In this document: piece by piece, positions 30,960 through 42,604 of the stretch
Layout of the letters: each line of letters opens with the position of its first letter
How positions within the stretch are numbered: position 1 is the first letter of the stretch
NCBI GenBank assembly: GCA_041891055.1
Contig: CP169074.1
Coordinates: 320,001-384,000, forward strand
Direction of reading: 5' to 3'
DNA length: 64,000 nt
DNA from: Halorutilales archaeon Cl-col2-1
Lineage (GTDB): Archaea > Halobacteriota > Halobacteria > Halobacteriales > Afararchaeaceae
Position numbers and translations under genes: made by a program
The notes under the pieces: model-generated
Seen by the model: the letters and a program-made list of their open reading frames with translations, nothing else
The model's database searches: none
Told to the model about the DNA's origin: nothing

Positions 30960-31069
30960 TCCTCCTCCTGAGAACCCGCCTGTGCTAATGCCAGTCGGTG
31001 TTTGTGTTTAAGAAACAAGTCAAACTGGAAGTACTTCGCAGTGCTTCTGTGTGTCATCTTTCTGTCCCG

Positions 31070-32191
31070 TTACTGTGGTACTTCTCCCTCAACTGCGTCA
31101 ACATAGCTGTCGACGTTTCGGAAAAGCTGGGTTGTGTCGAACTCCTCGAAACGTGTGCCACCCCATATACTTAGATTACCGTTCTCTATCTCTCTTCTTT
31201 TCGTCTCGACTCTTTCGATGACTTCGTCGGGAACCTCGGAGCCCCAGTCGGAGAGACCTACTATCCCCGACTCGATCCCTTCCCAGTAGAAGTCTGACTC
31301 CCAGTTACCGTCACGTATCTCGTTGACTGCGTCTCCGTAGAAAACCTCCCAGTTCCAGACGGGCGAGGTAACGTAGTTCTCTCCTATCAACTCACCAATG
31401 TCGGAGTTATAACCCGTCGCCCAGATTCCCTCTTCGGCTGCGGTCTCGGCGGCTGCGGGAAAGTTCTGGTGCTGTGCCATCACGTCGACCCCCTCTTCGA
31501 TTAGTCTCTCAGCCGTGTTGCTCTCTATCCCGGCGTCGTTCCACGTCTGAGTGTACTTCACAGACACAGTCACGTCTTCGTTAACTGAAGACGCCCCGAG
31601 AGCGAAGCCATTTATTCCTCTTATGACCTCGGAGATCGGAAAGGCAGCGACGTATCCGAGCCTGTCGGTCTCGGTAAGGAGCCCTGCGGCGACACCTGTG
31701 AGGTATCTTGGTTCGTACATACGTCCGAAGTAACAGCCGAGGTTCCCACGCTGCCTGTACCCCGAACAGTGCTCGAAAGCCACGTCGGGATAGTCGGGCG
31801 CGACCTCGTACATTGGATCCATGTAGTCCCAGGACGTCCCGAAGATTACATCGAAGCCTCGCTCGGCGTACTGTCTGAAACGCGGCTCTGATCCCTCGGG
31901 CGAGACCTTCTCGAACACCTCGGTTTCCACCCAGTCGAAGTCGTCTTCGACGGCACGTCTAGCCTGGTCGTGCGCCCACTGCCAGCCGAAGTCCCCGACT
32001 GCGTCGTGGTAGACGAAAGCTGCCCTCACGGTCTCGTCTGTGTCGGTGTCTTCCCCCTCATCTGTTGTGTCGGATGACTGGGTTCTATCACCGTTCCCAG
32101 ACGTAGGTTTGTGTGTTCGAAGACAGCCGCTTAGACCGGCTAATCCGGCTGTAGCCAGTTGTTTGAGAGTATCCCTTCGTGTAATCTTCAT
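31070..32191 (-). CDS. BMP-family (basic membrane protein) Tat lipoprotein
   Basis: TRRDTLK twin-arginine signal with LSGC lipobox; DFGWQWAHDQ, FEHCSGY, YEPRYLTGVAAG, RGINGFALG. Confidence 0.9.
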   Translation of the reverse strand: MKITRRDTLKQLATAGLAGLSGCLRTHKPTSGNGDRTQSSDTTDEGEDTDTDETVRAAFVYHDAVGDFGWQWAHDQARRAVEDDFDWVETEVFEKVSPEGSEPRFRQYAERGFDVIFGTSWDYMDPMYEVAPDYPDVAFEHCSGYRQRGNLGCYFGRMYEPRYLTGVAAGLLTETDRLGYVAAFPISEVIRGINGFALGASSVNEDVTVSVKYTQTWNDAGIESNTAERLIEEGVDVMAQHQNFPAAAETAAEEGIWATGYNSDIGELIGENYVTSPVWNWEVFYGDAVNEIRDGNWESDFYWEGIESGIVGLSDWGSEVPDEVIERVETKRREIENGNLSIWGGTRFEEFDTTQLFRNVDSYVDAVEGEVPQ

Positions 32192-32381
32192 TTTGACTCA
32201 GTCTATCCCCAGAGGCTAACATAGTTTCTCTGGAATCCTGTATCTATAATTGTTTAAATTATAAGTAAATTAGGGTGCCTGGACAGTCCTCAGACTACAT
32301 CGTCTAACTAAGTAACTAAGGAGAAGCTCCAGGTTTGGTCGGAAGTAGTACTCGTCTCAGAGGATAAGAGTTCAGACGGAG

Positions 32382-33611
32382 TTAAGCGAACATCCTGCCC
32401 GACTCGCCGTCGGAGCTCTTGTCGTCGCGCACCTTGTCGTAGGCGTCGAGGAAGTCACCCATCTCGACAGTCTCTCTCCGGTCACGTATAGCGAACATAC
32501 CCGCCTCGGTACAGACCGCCTTTATATCGGCTCCACTCATTCCGTCGGTGAGACGCGCGAGCCTCTCGTAGTCGATGTCGTCTGTCTGCATGTTGCGCGT
32601 GTGTACCTTGAATATCTCGGCACGTCCCTCCTCGTCGGGAGGCGGAACCTCTATCAGACGGTCGAACCTTCCGGGTCGGAGTATGGCTCGGTCGAGCATG
32701 TCGAACCTGTTGGTCGCGGCTATGATCTTGACATCACCTCTCCTGTCGAAGCCGTCCATCTCGCTCAGGAGCTGCATCATCGTCCTCTGAACCTCGGCGT
32801 CACCGCTCGTCTTCGAGTCAGTACGTTTCGAGGCGACTGCGTCGATCTCGTCTATGAAGATCACGCTCGGCGACTTCTGGCGCGCGACCTCGAAGAGATC
32901 ACGGACGAGACGCGCTCCCTCTCCGATAAACTTGTGGACGAGTTCGCTTCCCGCCATCTTGATGAAGGTCGCGTCGGTTCTGTTGGCGACTGCCTTTGCG
33001 AGCATCGTCTTACCTGTGCCGGGCGGACCGTGTAGGAGTATGCCACCGGGGGGCTCGATACCCGCGTTCTCGAAGAGCTCGGGCTCATCTAGTGGCATCT
33101 CGACCGTCTCGGAGACCTCCTGTATCTTATCGTCGAGACCCCCTATGTCCTCGTATCCTACCTCGGGGTTCTCGGAGACCTCCATCACGCGTGCCCTCAT
33201 GTCGGTCGAGTCCTCGAGTGTCTCTACGACCGAGAGCGAGTTGTTGACCGCGACACGTGTGCCTATCTCGATCTCGTCACGCATCCTCTCGGGAACTTCA
33301 GTAAGTGCCTCTTGGTTGTTCCCGTGCTGTCGGATGATGACGCCCTCGTCGGTAATCTCCTCTACCGTAGCCACGAATAAGGGCGACTGCTTGAGCTTCT
33401 CGTTCTCGTGCTTGAGACGCTGTACCTTCTGCTCGTACTTGTTCTTCTCCGCGTTGGCGTCGAGAAGATCGTCACGTACCTTCTCGTTCTTACGCTGTAG
33501 GTTCTTGACCTCCTCTTGTAACTCCTCTATGCGTTCCTGTGGAGTCTTATCGCTGTCGACAGGTGAGTCAACATCGTCCGCGTCTGCAACGTCGTCCGAG
33601 AAATCACTCAT
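32382..33611 (-). CDS. pan: Proteasome-activating nucleotidase
   Basis: Coiled coil plus OB fold, YEDIGGL, GPPGTGKT, IFIDEIDA, AEVQRTMMQLL, LRPGRFDR; start MSDFSDD. Confidence 0.95.
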   Translation of the reverse strand: MSDFSDDVADADDVDSPVDSDKTPQERIEELQEEVKNLQRKNEKVRDDLLDANAEKNKYEQKVQRLKHENEKLKQSPLFVATVEEITDEGVIIRQHGNNQEALTEVPERMRDEIEIGTRVAVNNSLSVVETLEDSTDMRARVMEVSENPEVGYEDIGGLDDKIQEVSETVEMPLDEPELFENAGIEPPGGILLHGPPGTGKTMLAKAVANRTDATFIKMAGSELVHKFIGEGARLVRDLFEVARQKSPSVIFIDEIDAVASKRTDSKTSGDAEVQRTMMQLLSEMDGFDRRGDVKIIAATNRFDMLDRAILRPGRFDRLIEVPPPDEEGRAEIFKVHTRNMQTDDIDYERLARLTDGMSGADIKAVCTEAGMFAIRDRRETVEMGDFLDAYDKVRDDKSSDGESGRMFA

Positions 33612-33673
33612 ACAGCCACGAGTAGTATCTCCTAATAAAAAGGGGTTTGGGTTATTGTCACAAGGACTCGGCT

Positions 33674-34300
33674 TCAGGGCTTCTCGCTCGACCAGACCTT
33701 GAGATCCGACCTCGGCATCGCGACACACGTGAGAGCGTATCCCTCTTCCTCGTCCTCCTCGCTTATCGAGTTAGCGCGCGGCTCGTCTATCTCGCCCTCG
33801 ACACGCGCCGCACAAGCGACACATTCCCCCTCACGGCAGGCGAATGGAAGATCGAGGTCGGCTTCCTCTCCGGCGTCGAGTATGTACTGATCGCCCTTAA
33901 CCTCGACAGTCTTACCTTCCTTGACGAACTCGATCTCGTAGGTCGCCTCGCGCTCCTCCTCGGGGACGTCTTCCTCGACTCCTCCTTCTTCCTCGGCGGC
34001 TTCTTCCTCTTCTTCCTCTTCCTTTATCTCGAACGACTCGGGGTTTCTGAAGACAGTACGTGAGACATAGCCCGAATCGGGAGAGACGAGAGACATTCTG
34101 TACATCTCGTCGCCAGCGTGTATAGTCGCCTGATAGACCTCGTTCGATCCCTCACGTGCCCTCAGTCTGACGCGTTTTATGTTTCGCCCGCGCTCTTCGA
34201 GATACTCGATCTCCTCGTCGACCGCCTCTCTCAGCTCGTCGGGTATCTCGAAGTTGCCCGCCCTCTCAAGGCGATCCGGATCGACCGTCTTGCTCTCCAT
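33674..34300 (-). CDS. 2Fe-2S ferredoxin with long N-terminal extension
   Basis: C-terminal LPFACREGECVAC...LTC preceded by an acidic linker and an ~90-aa domain. Confidence 0.85.
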   Translation of the reverse strand: MESKTVDPDRLERAGNFEIPDELREAVDEEIEYLEERGRNIKRVRLRAREGSNEVYQATIHAGDEMYRMSLVSPDSGYVSRTVFRNPESFEIKEEEEEEEAAEEEGGVEEDVPEEEREATYEIEFVKEGKTVEVKGDQYILDAGEEADLDLPFACREGECVACAARVEGEIDEPRANSISEEDEEEGYALTCVAMPRSDLKVWSSEKP

Positions 34301-34366
34301 GGGCTTTGTAGACGTCCCACATAGATAATAACTTTTCTTTATGTCTCGACACGAACGACACTATGA

Positions 34367-35254
34367 CTACGTTTCGACGCCGAGGTACTCGCCTAAGCTC
34401 GTGAGTTCGTCGTCGGTGTAGCCGAACTCCGGGGCGTCGTTCGACTCGGTAGTGTTGTCGAACTTGAGCGACCTGTACTGGTCGACTCCAACGGGGACGA
34501 AAGGAATCAACTCGGCGACCGAGAGACCCGCCTTCGCCGCAATCATTGGAACGGGTACGAAACGCGGCTTCTTGTCGTTGTACCGGAATGCTTGGCTCAC
34601 GACTTCTTTGAGAGTCAGAACCTCGGGTCCACCTATCTCATAGACTCCGTCGGCTTCTACCTCTCCGGTCGCGGCGTCTGCCATCATCTCGGCGAGATCT
34701 TCGACATAGACTGGCTGAAAACGTGTCCTACCGCCTCCGACGAGTGGGAAGAAGGGTGCCTTTGAGGTCACGTCCTTGAACTGGCTTATGAACTCGTCTC
34801 CGTCGCCGAAGATCACCGACGGCTTGAAGATGTGGTAGTCGAGGTTCGAGTTTTTGACGTAGTTCTCCGCAACCCCCTTAGTACGTATGTACTCGGTACT
34901 TCCACCGGGGTCAGCTCCGAGCGCGCTCATATGGACGTATCTCTCGACCCCGGCGTCCTCCGCCGCCTTCACGACGTTCTTCGTCCCCTCGACGTGTACC
35001 TGGTGGTAGGACACTCCGCCCGGGGTGAAGAGGGGTGACAGACCCACGAGGTTGACTACGGTCTCGTAGCCGTCGAACTCCAGGCTGTCGGGGTCTGAGA
35101 CGTCTGCGCGCACGCTTCCGACTGATTCGGGGACATCGGTGTTCGTGGTCTCGGGATGGCGCGACGCGGCGTCGACGTCGATGCCTCTCCCGGCAAGCGC
35201 GGATACGAGGTACGAGCCTACGAAGCCCGTGCCTCCGAGGACTATGACGGACAT
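34367..35254 (-). CDS. NDUFA9-like NAD(P)-binding SDR/epimerase
   Basis: GGTGFVGS, HMSALGA, YIRTKGVAE, PSVIFG, FQPVYVEDLA, YEIGGPE. Confidence 0.9.
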   Translation of the reverse strand: MSVIVLGGTGFVGSYLVSALAGRGIDVDAASRHPETTNTDVPESVGSVRADVSDPDSLEFDGYETVVNLVGLSPLFTPGGVSYHQVHVEGTKNVVKAAEDAGVERYVHMSALGADPGGSTEYIRTKGVAENYVKNSNLDYHIFKPSVIFGDGDEFISQFKDVTSKAPFFPLVGGGRTRFQPVYVEDLAEMMADAATGEVEADGVYEIGGPEVLTLKEVVSQAFRYNDKKPRFVPVPMIAAKAGLSVAELIPFVPVGVDQYRSLKFDNTTESNDAPEFGYTDDELTSLGEYLGVET

Positions 35255-35327
35255 AAGTTAAGAAACGTGATAGAGATGGATAAAACCCGAGGCTGATGCC
35301 GTCTTTCCAGCAAGTCGCGACCGTAAG

Positions 35328-36062
35328 TCAGACCGTCAGACTCTCACCGTCGTCGGGTATACTCACGTCGCCGTTGAACTCGTCGGCTACTTTACGTCTC
35401 ATCTTCCTCTCTTTCCCTCTCGTCTGGGGATAGAGATGTGTTAGATAGATCTCTCCGACGTCGAGGTCGGGGGCTATCTCGGCTATGTCCGACGGACGGC
35501 TGTGTCCCGTGACGTCAACCCCGTCAGGGAAAGCACATTCGTGTATGAGTAGGTCACAGCCCTCGGAGAACTCGACTGTCTCGTCTATGACCTCGGTGTC
35601 ACCCGTGTAGACGACGTCTCCTATCCGGAACCCCATTGACTCGTCGGTGTGTGATGTCTCGTAAGTCTCGATCTGTCTTCCGCCCGCCTTGAAGCTCTCA
35701 CCCGGCTGTATCTCCTCGATTTCGAGATCTATGCGTCCCTTCATGTAGTCGTAGGCATCCAAGAGGCTCTCGACCGTCTCACGTGTACCCGGTGGACCGT
35801 GGATGGTGAGAGATGTCTTCCCGACTATCCAGTCTGCCTTCATCAGAGCCGGAATGTCAGAGACATGGTCGATATGAGTGTGTGAGACTAAGATGTCCTC
35901 TATCTCGTCGAAAGAGGTCGCATCGTCTTCCCTCTCCGCCTGTCCGAGACGGTGGAGGACACCGCTTCCGCAGTCCACGAGTATGTCGTCGACTAAGACG
36001 CCGCTCTGTACCCTTTCCGACGGAACTGCCGCTCCCGTACCTAGAAATCTAATCTCCGCCAT
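35328..36062 (-). CDS. MBL-fold metallohydrolase, RNase Z-like
   Basis: FLGTG, VDCGSG, SHTHIDHVSD, YTGDT, LIHEC, LTHLYP; start MAEIRF. Confidence 0.85.
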   Translation of the reverse strand: MAEIRFLGTGAAVPSERVQSGVLVDDILVDCGSGVLHRLGQAEREDDATSFDEIEDILVSHTHIDHVSDIPALMKADWIVGKTSLTIHGPPGTRETVESLLDAYDYMKGRIDLEIEEIQPGESFKAGGRQIETYETSHTDESMGFRIGDVVYTGDTEVIDETVEFSEGCDLLIHECAFPDGVDVTGHSRPSDIAEIAPDLDVGEIYLTHLYPQTRGKERKMRRKVADEFNGDVSIPDDGESLTV

Positions 36063-36189
36063 ACACGGAGTTCGAACGTCGGACTTGTGTCTCTTCTGTT
36101 CTCTTCTTTTCTTCTCCGGACAGATGAACCAAACCAAACCCTGACGAGGCTTAGAAAACGTTTTACGAACACGCGGGTTAGAACCCACT

Positions 36190-39075
36190 ATGACCGAAGG
36201 TCTCGAAGACGGGTTCGACCACGACACCGACGCCGACGGCGGGAGGGAGTCAACTCAGAACTCCGCCGGAGGCGGGGATAACGGTGATGGCGGTGACATA
36301 TCCGATCTTCTCCGTCTCGACTACTTCGAGGAGAACGGCTTCGAACGTAAGAAATGCCCCGACTGTGGACGTTTCTTCTGGACGCGCGACTCTTCGAGGG
36401 AGGTCTGTGGCGAACCTCCGTGTGATGACTACTCTTTTATCGACAACTCTCCATTCGACGACGAGTACAGCTTAGAGGAGATGCGTGAGGAGTTCCTGTC
36501 CTTCTTCGAGGAACACGACCACGAACGTATAGAGCCGTATCCAGTCGACGCTTCAAGGTGGCGTGACGACGTTCTTCTGACACAGGCGAGCATCTACGAC
36601 TTCCAGCCTCTCGTGACAAGCGGTAAGACGCCGCCTCCCGCGAACCCGCTGTGTATCTCCCAGCCGTGTATACGTATGCAGGACATCGACAACGTCGGCA
36701 AGACGGGACGCCACACACTCGCCTTCGAGATGATGGCACACCACGCCTTCAACTCGCGAACTGAGGGGGGTGCGTACGAGGGTGAGGTCTACTGGAAGGA
36801 AGAGACAGTCGAGTACTGTGACACCTTCCTCGAATCACTTGGTGCACCCTTGGACGAAATTACGTACGTCGAGTCGCCGTGGGTTGGTGGCGGAAACGCA
36901 GGACCGGCATTCGAAGTAATCCTGAGGGGGGCAGAGGTTGCCACTCTCGTCTTCATGAACCTCGAACGTGATGACGACGGCGAGTACGTCATGAAGGACG
37001 GCAACCGTTACTCCGAGATGGACAACTACATAGTCGATACGGGGTACGGTCTCGAACGTTTCACGTGGGTGAGTCAGGGAACTTCGACCGTCTACGAGGC
37101 TATCTATCCCGAGATGATAGAGTACCTCACCGACGAGGCTGGGATAAAACACGCCGACAACGAGGAGGAGATACTCTCTGACGTCGCGCGTCTCGCGGGA
37201 AGACTCGACGCCGACGAGGTCGACGACCTGAGCCATGTCAGGGAACAGGTTGCCGACGACGTCGGAATCACACTCGACGAACTCGACAGGATACTCACGC
37301 CTCTCGAAAACATCTTCGCTATCTCGGACCACTCGCGCGTACTCGCTTACATGCTCGGCGACGGCATAGTCCCGAGCAACGTCGGCACGGGATACCTCGC
37401 CCGCCTCGTTCTGAGACGCACCGTACGTCTCATCGATGATGTAGGACTCGACACCCAACTCTCCGAACTCGTCGACAGACAGGCGAAACGTCTCGGATAC
37501 GGAGACCGCGACACTATACGTGATATAGTCGACACCGAGGTCGAGAAGTACCGCGAGACACTCGAAAGGGGAGAACGTCTAGTGAGAAGGACGACGCGCG
37601 AGTACGCGGGTACGGGAGAGTCTGTTCCAGTCGACGACCTCATAGAGCTCTACGACTCCCACGGAATACAGCCAGAGACGGTCGAGGAGATAGCCGAGGA
37701 GCAAGACGTAGACGTAGATATACCTGACGACTTCTATTCGCGCGTCGCAGAGCGCCACGAGGAGAGGGGTGGTGAGGCTCCCGAGGCGGCACACGAGACA
37801 GACGACGATATTATCGAGGACAGGGTCGAGGGACTCCCCGAGACTGAGACACTCTACTACGATAACCCCGAGCGTACGGAGTTCGAGGCTGTGGTTCTAG
37901 ACGTCTTCGAGGATGAGTCCGGAGAGGGCTACGACGTCGTCCTCGATCAGACGCTCTTCTACCCCGAGGGAGGAGGACAGCCCGCCGATCACGGGATCAT
38001 AAGGAACGGCAAGACCGTACGTGTCGACGACGTTCAGAAGGTCGACGGTGTGATAATCCACCACACCGACGGGAACCCGGGGAAGGGCGACGTAGTCAAG
38101 GGACGTATAGACTCCGACAGGAGACGGTCGCTGATGCGTCACCACACCGCGACCCACATAGTCATAGACGCAGCGCGTGACGTTCTGGGCGACCACATAC
38201 GTCAGGCGGGCGCACAGAAGGGTGTCGAGAGCTCACGTATAGACGTAACACATTACAGACGTATCACCGACGAAGAGGTCAAGGAGATCGAGACCGAGGC
38301 TAACAGAAGGGTGATGGAAAATATCCGTGTCGACGACGAGTGGATCGACAGACACGAGGCGGAGGACGAGTACGGATTCGACCTCTACCAGGGAGGAGTT
38401 CCGCCCGGCGAGGAGATACGTATAGTCGAGGTCGGCGAGGACATACAGGCGTGTGGAGGAACCCACGTAGACAGGACAGGAGACGTAGGCGTAATAAAGA
38501 TACTCGGAACCGAACGCGTACAGGACGGCGTCGAGAGGATAGAGTTCTCTGCGGGAGAGGAGGGTGTCAAGTCGATCCAGAAAGAGAACGAGCTTCTCGA
38601 CGAGACCGCCGACGTCTTAGGCGTCTCGCCCGACGAAGTCCCCGAGACAGCCGAGAGGTTCTTCGACGAGTGGAAGGAGAGAGGGAAAGAGATAGACCGT
38701 CTCAAGAAGGAGATAGCGGAGCTACGTGCGTCGGGAAGCGGCGGGGACACAGACGAGACCGAAGTCGAGGGAGTCACAGTTGTGACACAGAAGATAGACG
38801 GTGACATAGACGCTCTCCGCGCCTCGGCTAACTCGTTCGTCGAGGACGGCAAGGTAGCAGTCGTTGCAAGTACAGACGGAGACGCCCAGGTCGTCGTGGG
38901 ATCGCCCGAGGACGTCGATGTAGATGCCGGAGAGATAGCCTCACGTCTCTCTGAGTCTCTCGGAGGCGGAGGAGGGGGATCCCCCGAGTTCGGACAGGGC
39001 GGAGGACCCAGAAAGGAGAAACTTGACGAGGCTCTCGACTCTGTTGTAGACATGGTCAAGGAGGATCTGTCATGA
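36190..39075 (+). CDS. alaS: Alanyl-tRNA synthetase (archaeal type)
   Basis: N-terminal [27 protein letters not shown], editing HHTATH and QACGGTH, C-terminal GGGGG. Confidence 0.97.
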   Translation: MTEGLEDGFDHDTDADGGRESTQNSAGGGDNGDGGDISDLLRLDYFEENGFERKKCPDCGRFFWTRDSSREVCGEPPCDDYSFIDNSPFDDEYSLEEMREEFLSFFEEHDHERIEPYPVDASRWRDDVLLTQASIYDFQPLVTSGKTPPPANPLCISQPCIRMQDIDNVGKTGRHTLAFEMMAHHAFNSRTEGGAYEGEVYWKEETVEYCDTFLESLGAPLDEITYVESPWVGGGNAGPAFEVILRGAEVATLVFMNLERDDDGEYVMKDGNRYSEMDNYIVDTGYGLERFTWVSQGTSTVYEAIYPEMIEYLTDEAGIKHADNEEEILSDVARLAGRLDADEVDDLSHVREQVADDVGITLDELDRILTPLENIFAISDHSRVLAYMLGDGIVPSNVGTGYLARLVLRRTVRLIDDVGLDTQLSELVDRQAKRLGYGDRDTIRDIVDTEVEKYRETLERGERLVRRTTREYAGTGESVPVDDLIELYDSHGIQPETVEEIAEEQDVDVDIPDDFYSRVAERHEERGGEAPEAAHETDDDIIEDRVEGLPETETLYYDNPERTEFEAVVLDVFEDESGEGYDVVLDQTLFYPEGGGQPADHGIIRNGKTVRVDDVQKVDGVIIHHTDGNPGKGDVVKGRIDSDRRRSLMRHHTATHIVIDAARDVLGDHIRQAGAQKGVESSRIDVTHYRRITDEEVKEIETEANRRVMENIRVDDEWIDRHEAEDEYGFDLYQGGVPPGEEIRIVEVGEDIQACGGTHVDRTGDVGVIKILGTERVQDGVERIEFSAGEEGVKSIQKENELLDETADVLGVSPDEVPETAERFFDEWKERGKEIDRLKKEIAELRASGSGGDTDETEVEGVTVVTQKIDGDIDALRASANSFVEDGKVAVVASTDGDAQVVVGSPEDVDVDAGEIASRLSESLGGGGGGSPEFGQGGGPRKEKLDEALDSVVDMVKEDLS

Positions 39076-40256
39076 GCTGGCTAGAGTGTATCGAGTGCGG
39101 CGAGACGTACAAGGGAGACAAGCCGCGTTACACGTGTGACTGTGGGGCTCTCTTAGACGTCAAGTACGATGTGACGCCTTCCAGAACCGACTTCTCGGGT
39201 TCCCTCGGTGTCTGGAGGTACTCGTCACTTCTCCCCGTCGACAGCCACTCAACGTTACAGGAAGGCGGTACTCCCCTCTACGACGCCGACAAGCTCTCCG
39301 GAGAGCTCGGTGTCGACCTACATATAAAACACGAGGGGATGAACCCCACCGGGAGCTTCAAGGACAGGGGGATGACCGTCGGAGTCTCGAAGGCGATAGA
39401 GCTCGGCATAGAGAGAGTCGCGTGTGCCTCAACGGGTAACACGAGCGCCGCGCTCGCCGCATACGGCGCGGGAGCCGACATACCCGCGGTGGTTCTCTTG
39501 CCCCAGGACAAGGTCGCTATGGGTAAGATAGCACAGGCACTGATGCACGGAGCCGAGGTTCTCGAACTTGACGGCAACTTCGACGACTGCCTCGACATCG
39601 TGAGGTCTCTCGGCGAGAAGGAGTACTTCTACGTCCTCAACAGCGTCAATCCCTACCGCTTAGAGGGACAGAAGACGATAGCCTTCGAGGTTCTCGAACA
39701 GCTCGACTGGGAGATTCCCGACAGGGTTGTTCTTCCCGTCGGAAACGCGGGCAACATAAGCGCGCTCCACAAGGGATTCCGTGAGCTCTACAACGCCGAG
39801 GTCATAGACGAGCTTCCGAAGATGACAGGAGTACAGGCGAAAGGAGCCTCGCCGTTCGCACACGCAGTCAAGAAAGGCGGTCCGCTCGAACCCTTCAACG
39901 AGCCCGAGACGAAGGCAACCGCGATACGTATAGGCGACCCGGTCAACGCGCCTAAGGCGAGGAGGGCGATAGAGGACACCGACGGAACCGCGACTTGGGT
40001 CGACGACGAGACTATCGCGGAGTTCCAGTCGAAGCTCGCCTCCGAAGAGGGAATAGGCGTAGAGCCCGCGAGCGCGACCTCGGTCGCTGGAGTCGCCGAC
40101 CTCATTGAGGCGGGCGAGATAGACGAGGGCGAGACTGTGGTCTCGGTCGCGACGGGACATCTCCTCAAAGACCCCGATGCCGCCCTCGAAGCCTCGGGAC
40201 GTCCGACTCAGGCAGACGCCACCGACGAGGCAGTCATCGAGGCTCTCGAAGAGTAG
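39072..40256 (+). CDS. thrC: Threonine synthase
   Basis: CIECG/CDCG N-terminus, [46 protein letters not shown]. Confidence 0.93.
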   Translation: MSWLECIECGETYKGDKPRYTCDCGALLDVKYDVTPSRTDFSGSLGVWRYSSLLPVDSHSTLQEGGTPLYDADKLSGELGVDLHIKHEGMNPTGSFKDRGMTVGVSKAIELGIERVACASTGNTSAALAAYGAGADIPAVVLLPQDKVAMGKIAQALMHGAEVLELDGNFDDCLDIVRSLGEKEYFYVLNSVNPYRLEGQKTIAFEVLEQLDWEIPDRVVLPVGNAGNISALHKGFRELYNAEVIDELPKMTGVQAKGASPFAHAVKKGGPLEPFNEPETKATAIRIGDPVNAPKARRAIEDTDGTATWVDDETIAEFQSKLASEEGIGVEPASATSVAGVADLIEAGEIDEGETVVSVATGHLLKDPDAALEASGRPTQADATDEAVIEALEE

Positions 40257-40305
40257 AAGAGCAGTAGACCGACGGAGTTTTTGTCTTTCTCAGCGTATAT
40301 ACGGC

Positions 40306-41289
40306 GTGGAATCGTTAGTCGAACTCGTACTCACGAGGGTTGTTCCACGTGTTCTCAAGATAGCCCTTCTGATAGGCGTAGGAGTGTCTCTCGCTAACAT
40401 AGCCGTTGAGTTCGGTGCTGTAAAACGCATAGCATCGGTGGCGCGTCCCATAACTAAGGCGGCGAACCTCCCCGAGGAAGTCGGGACTGCTATACTCGCC
40501 ACCGCCGCCTCTACGACTGCTGGCTACGGAATGCTCGCCGAGTACCGCGAGTCGGGGAAGATAGACGACACGGAGACGCTGATCGCTGTCACTATAAACA
40601 CCTTCTTCGGCTTCGCACAGCATATACTCACTTTCTACGCTCCCGTTCTGATACCTATACTCGGTCTCAAGGTGGGACTGATGTACGTCGGAGCGCGTGC
40701 GGCGATCAGCCTCTCGATTACATTTGTCGGAATCGCAGCGGGAGCACTACTCCTCTCCGATGTATCTCGGGAGAACGAGACAGAGGTCACTGGTTCGAAA
40801 GTAGATACCGACGCTGACACCGATGTCGACGATGACACGAGGACACCCAAAGAAAAAACACGCGAAGCCCTCGGATCGAGTACCTCGACACTCAGGAGTA
40901 TACTCCCTCGTCTCGCGGTGATCTATACCGTAGTCGTCGTCTTGACAGAGAACTACGACGTCAGGTCTCTCACCTCTTTCGGACAGCCTATCGCCGAGGT
41001 CACGGGTCTGCCGAGCGAGAGTATTCCTGTTATAGCCGTCTATGCTATCGATACCACGAGCGGGACTCTCACACTCGCGCCGATGCTCAATACCGCCTTC
41101 ACGTCTAGGCAGGCGGTCGCGACTATGCTGATAGGCGGTATCGTCTCTTTTGCAGTCACGACATTCAGACGGTCGATCCCTTTCCAGTACGGTATGTGGG
41201 GAGCGAAGTTCGGCTCGAAGGTCATCATACTCAACACGACTCTCAAGGTAATCTTTATATCGTTGACAGTCGCTCTGCTTCTCTACTGA
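40306..41289 (+). CDS. Nucleoside-recognition (Gate) domain membrane protein
   Basis: Polytopic, two halves joined by an acidic linker; GTG start at 40306 inferred. Confidence 0.7.
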   Translation: MESLVELVLTRVVPRVLKIALLIGVGVSLANIAVEFGAVKRIASVARPITKAANLPEEVGTAILATAASTTAGYGMLAEYRESGKIDDTETLIAVTINTFFGFAQHILTFYAPVLIPILGLKVGLMYVGARAAISLSITFVGIAAGALLLSDVSRENETEVTGSKVDTDADTDVDDDTRTPKEKTREALGSSTSTLRSILPRLAVIYTVVVVLTENYDVRSLTSFGQPIAEVTGLPSESIPVIAVYAIDTTSGTLTLAPMLNTAFTSRQAVATMLIGGIVSFAVTTFRRSIPFQYGMWGAKFGSKVIILNTTLKVIFISLTVALLLY

Positions 41290-41332
41290 GACACGTCGGT
41301 GGTTTTTATACGTGAGTCGCCGTATCTCAGAC

Positions 41333-42403
41333 ATGGACGACGACTCCTTAGACTTCCTCAGAAGACTCGTAGAGACTCCAAGCCCGTCAGGTTTCGAGAT
41401 TCCCAACCTCGAAAACTGGCGTGAGAGGGTCGGGGACTTCGCCGACGAGATCGAGACAGACGCCTACGGCAACACGACGGCGACCCTAAACCCCGGCTGT
41501 GACACCTCGGTCGTTGTGACTGGACACGCCGACGAGATCGGCTTCATGGTGCGTTATATCACCGACGACGGCTACATATACGTCGAACGTATCGGTGGGA
41601 TAGACCCCGGTGTCGCCGAGGGACAGCGCGTCACTGTACACACGCGCGACAACGGAGAAGACATCAAGGGCGTCGTCGGACGTAAGCCGATACATCTCCA
41701 GGAGGACGAAGACAGGGAGAAGGTTCCCGATCTCGAAGAGCTCTGGATTGACATAGGTGCCGACGACAGAGAGGATGTCGAGGACGCGGGTGTCTCAGTC
41801 GGTGACCCCGTGACCTACGATGTCGGTTTCGAAAGGCTCCAGGGCGACGTAGTCGCGGGACGCGGCATAGACAACCGTATAGGCATCTGGGTCGCCGCGG
41901 AGGTTCTGAGAGCCGTCGATCCCGAAAAACTCGATGTTACACTCCACGCCGTAGCGACCGTACAGGAGGAGGTCGGTCTCAAGGGCGCACAGATGGTGGG
42001 ATACGACCTCGACCCCGACGTCGCACTCGTCGTCGATGTCACATTCGCCACCGACATGCCCGGTCTGAGCGGCAAGAAACACGGCGAGATAAACCTGGGT
42101 GAGGGACCTGCACTCAAACACGGGAGAGAGAACCATCCCCGTGTCCTCGAACACCTCCAGACAGTCTCCGATAGCCGAGGTATAGAACTCCAGAACGAGC
42201 CTATGATGACACGTGGAGGAACCGATGCCGACGCCTTCTACGTCTCGCGTGGCGGAATAGCTTCTGCCTCCGTCGGAGTTCCGAACCGTTACATGCACAC
42301 CCCCTCCGAGGTCGTGAGCCTGACCGACCTCGAAGACGCGCGTGACCTCTTTGCGGGCTTCGTAGAGGAGCTAGATCCCGACGAGAGCCTGAGACGTATC
42401 TGA
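41333..42403 (+). CDS. M42-family metallopeptidase (TET-like)
   Basis: PSPSGFE, GHADEIG, DNRIG, VQEEVGLKGA, VDVT, GGTDA, RYMHTPSE. Confidence 0.93.
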   Translation: MDDDSLDFLRRLVETPSPSGFEIPNLENWRERVGDFADEIETDAYGNTTATLNPGCDTSVVVTGHADEIGFMVRYITDDGYIYVERIGGIDPGVAEGQRVTVHTRDNGEDIKGVVGRKPIHLQEDEDREKVPDLEELWIDIGADDREDVEDAGVSVGDPVTYDVGFERLQGDVVAGRGIDNRIGIWVAAEVLRAVDPEKLDVTLHAVATVQEEVGLKGAQMVGYDLDPDVALVVDVTFATDMPGLSGKKHGEINLGEGPALKHGRENHPRVLEHLQTVSDSRGIELQNEPMMTRGGTDADAFYVSRGGIASASVGVPNRYMHTPSEVVSLTDLEDARDLFAGFVEELDPDESLRRI

Positions 42404-42532
42404 GGCGAGAACGACACGACGCAGTCTGACACCGAACGGAGGGACGGAAGACCGGATACAGATCTTAAACAGGTCTGCCCCCGGTATGAAACCAAAGTAT
42501 TCAAGGTCTGACACCCGTAAGTATGGGGTAGA

Positions 42533-42604
42533 GGGCTCGTAGATCAGGGGTAGATCACTCCCTTGGCATGGGAGAGGCCCCGGGTTCAAATCCCGGCGAG
42601 TCCA
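42533..42604 (+). tRNA. tRNA-Ala(GGC)
   Basis: Acceptor GGGCTCG/CGAGTCC with G3:U70, anticodon arm CTCCC-TTGGCAT-GGGAG, T-arm GGTTCAAATCC. Confidence 0.97.
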
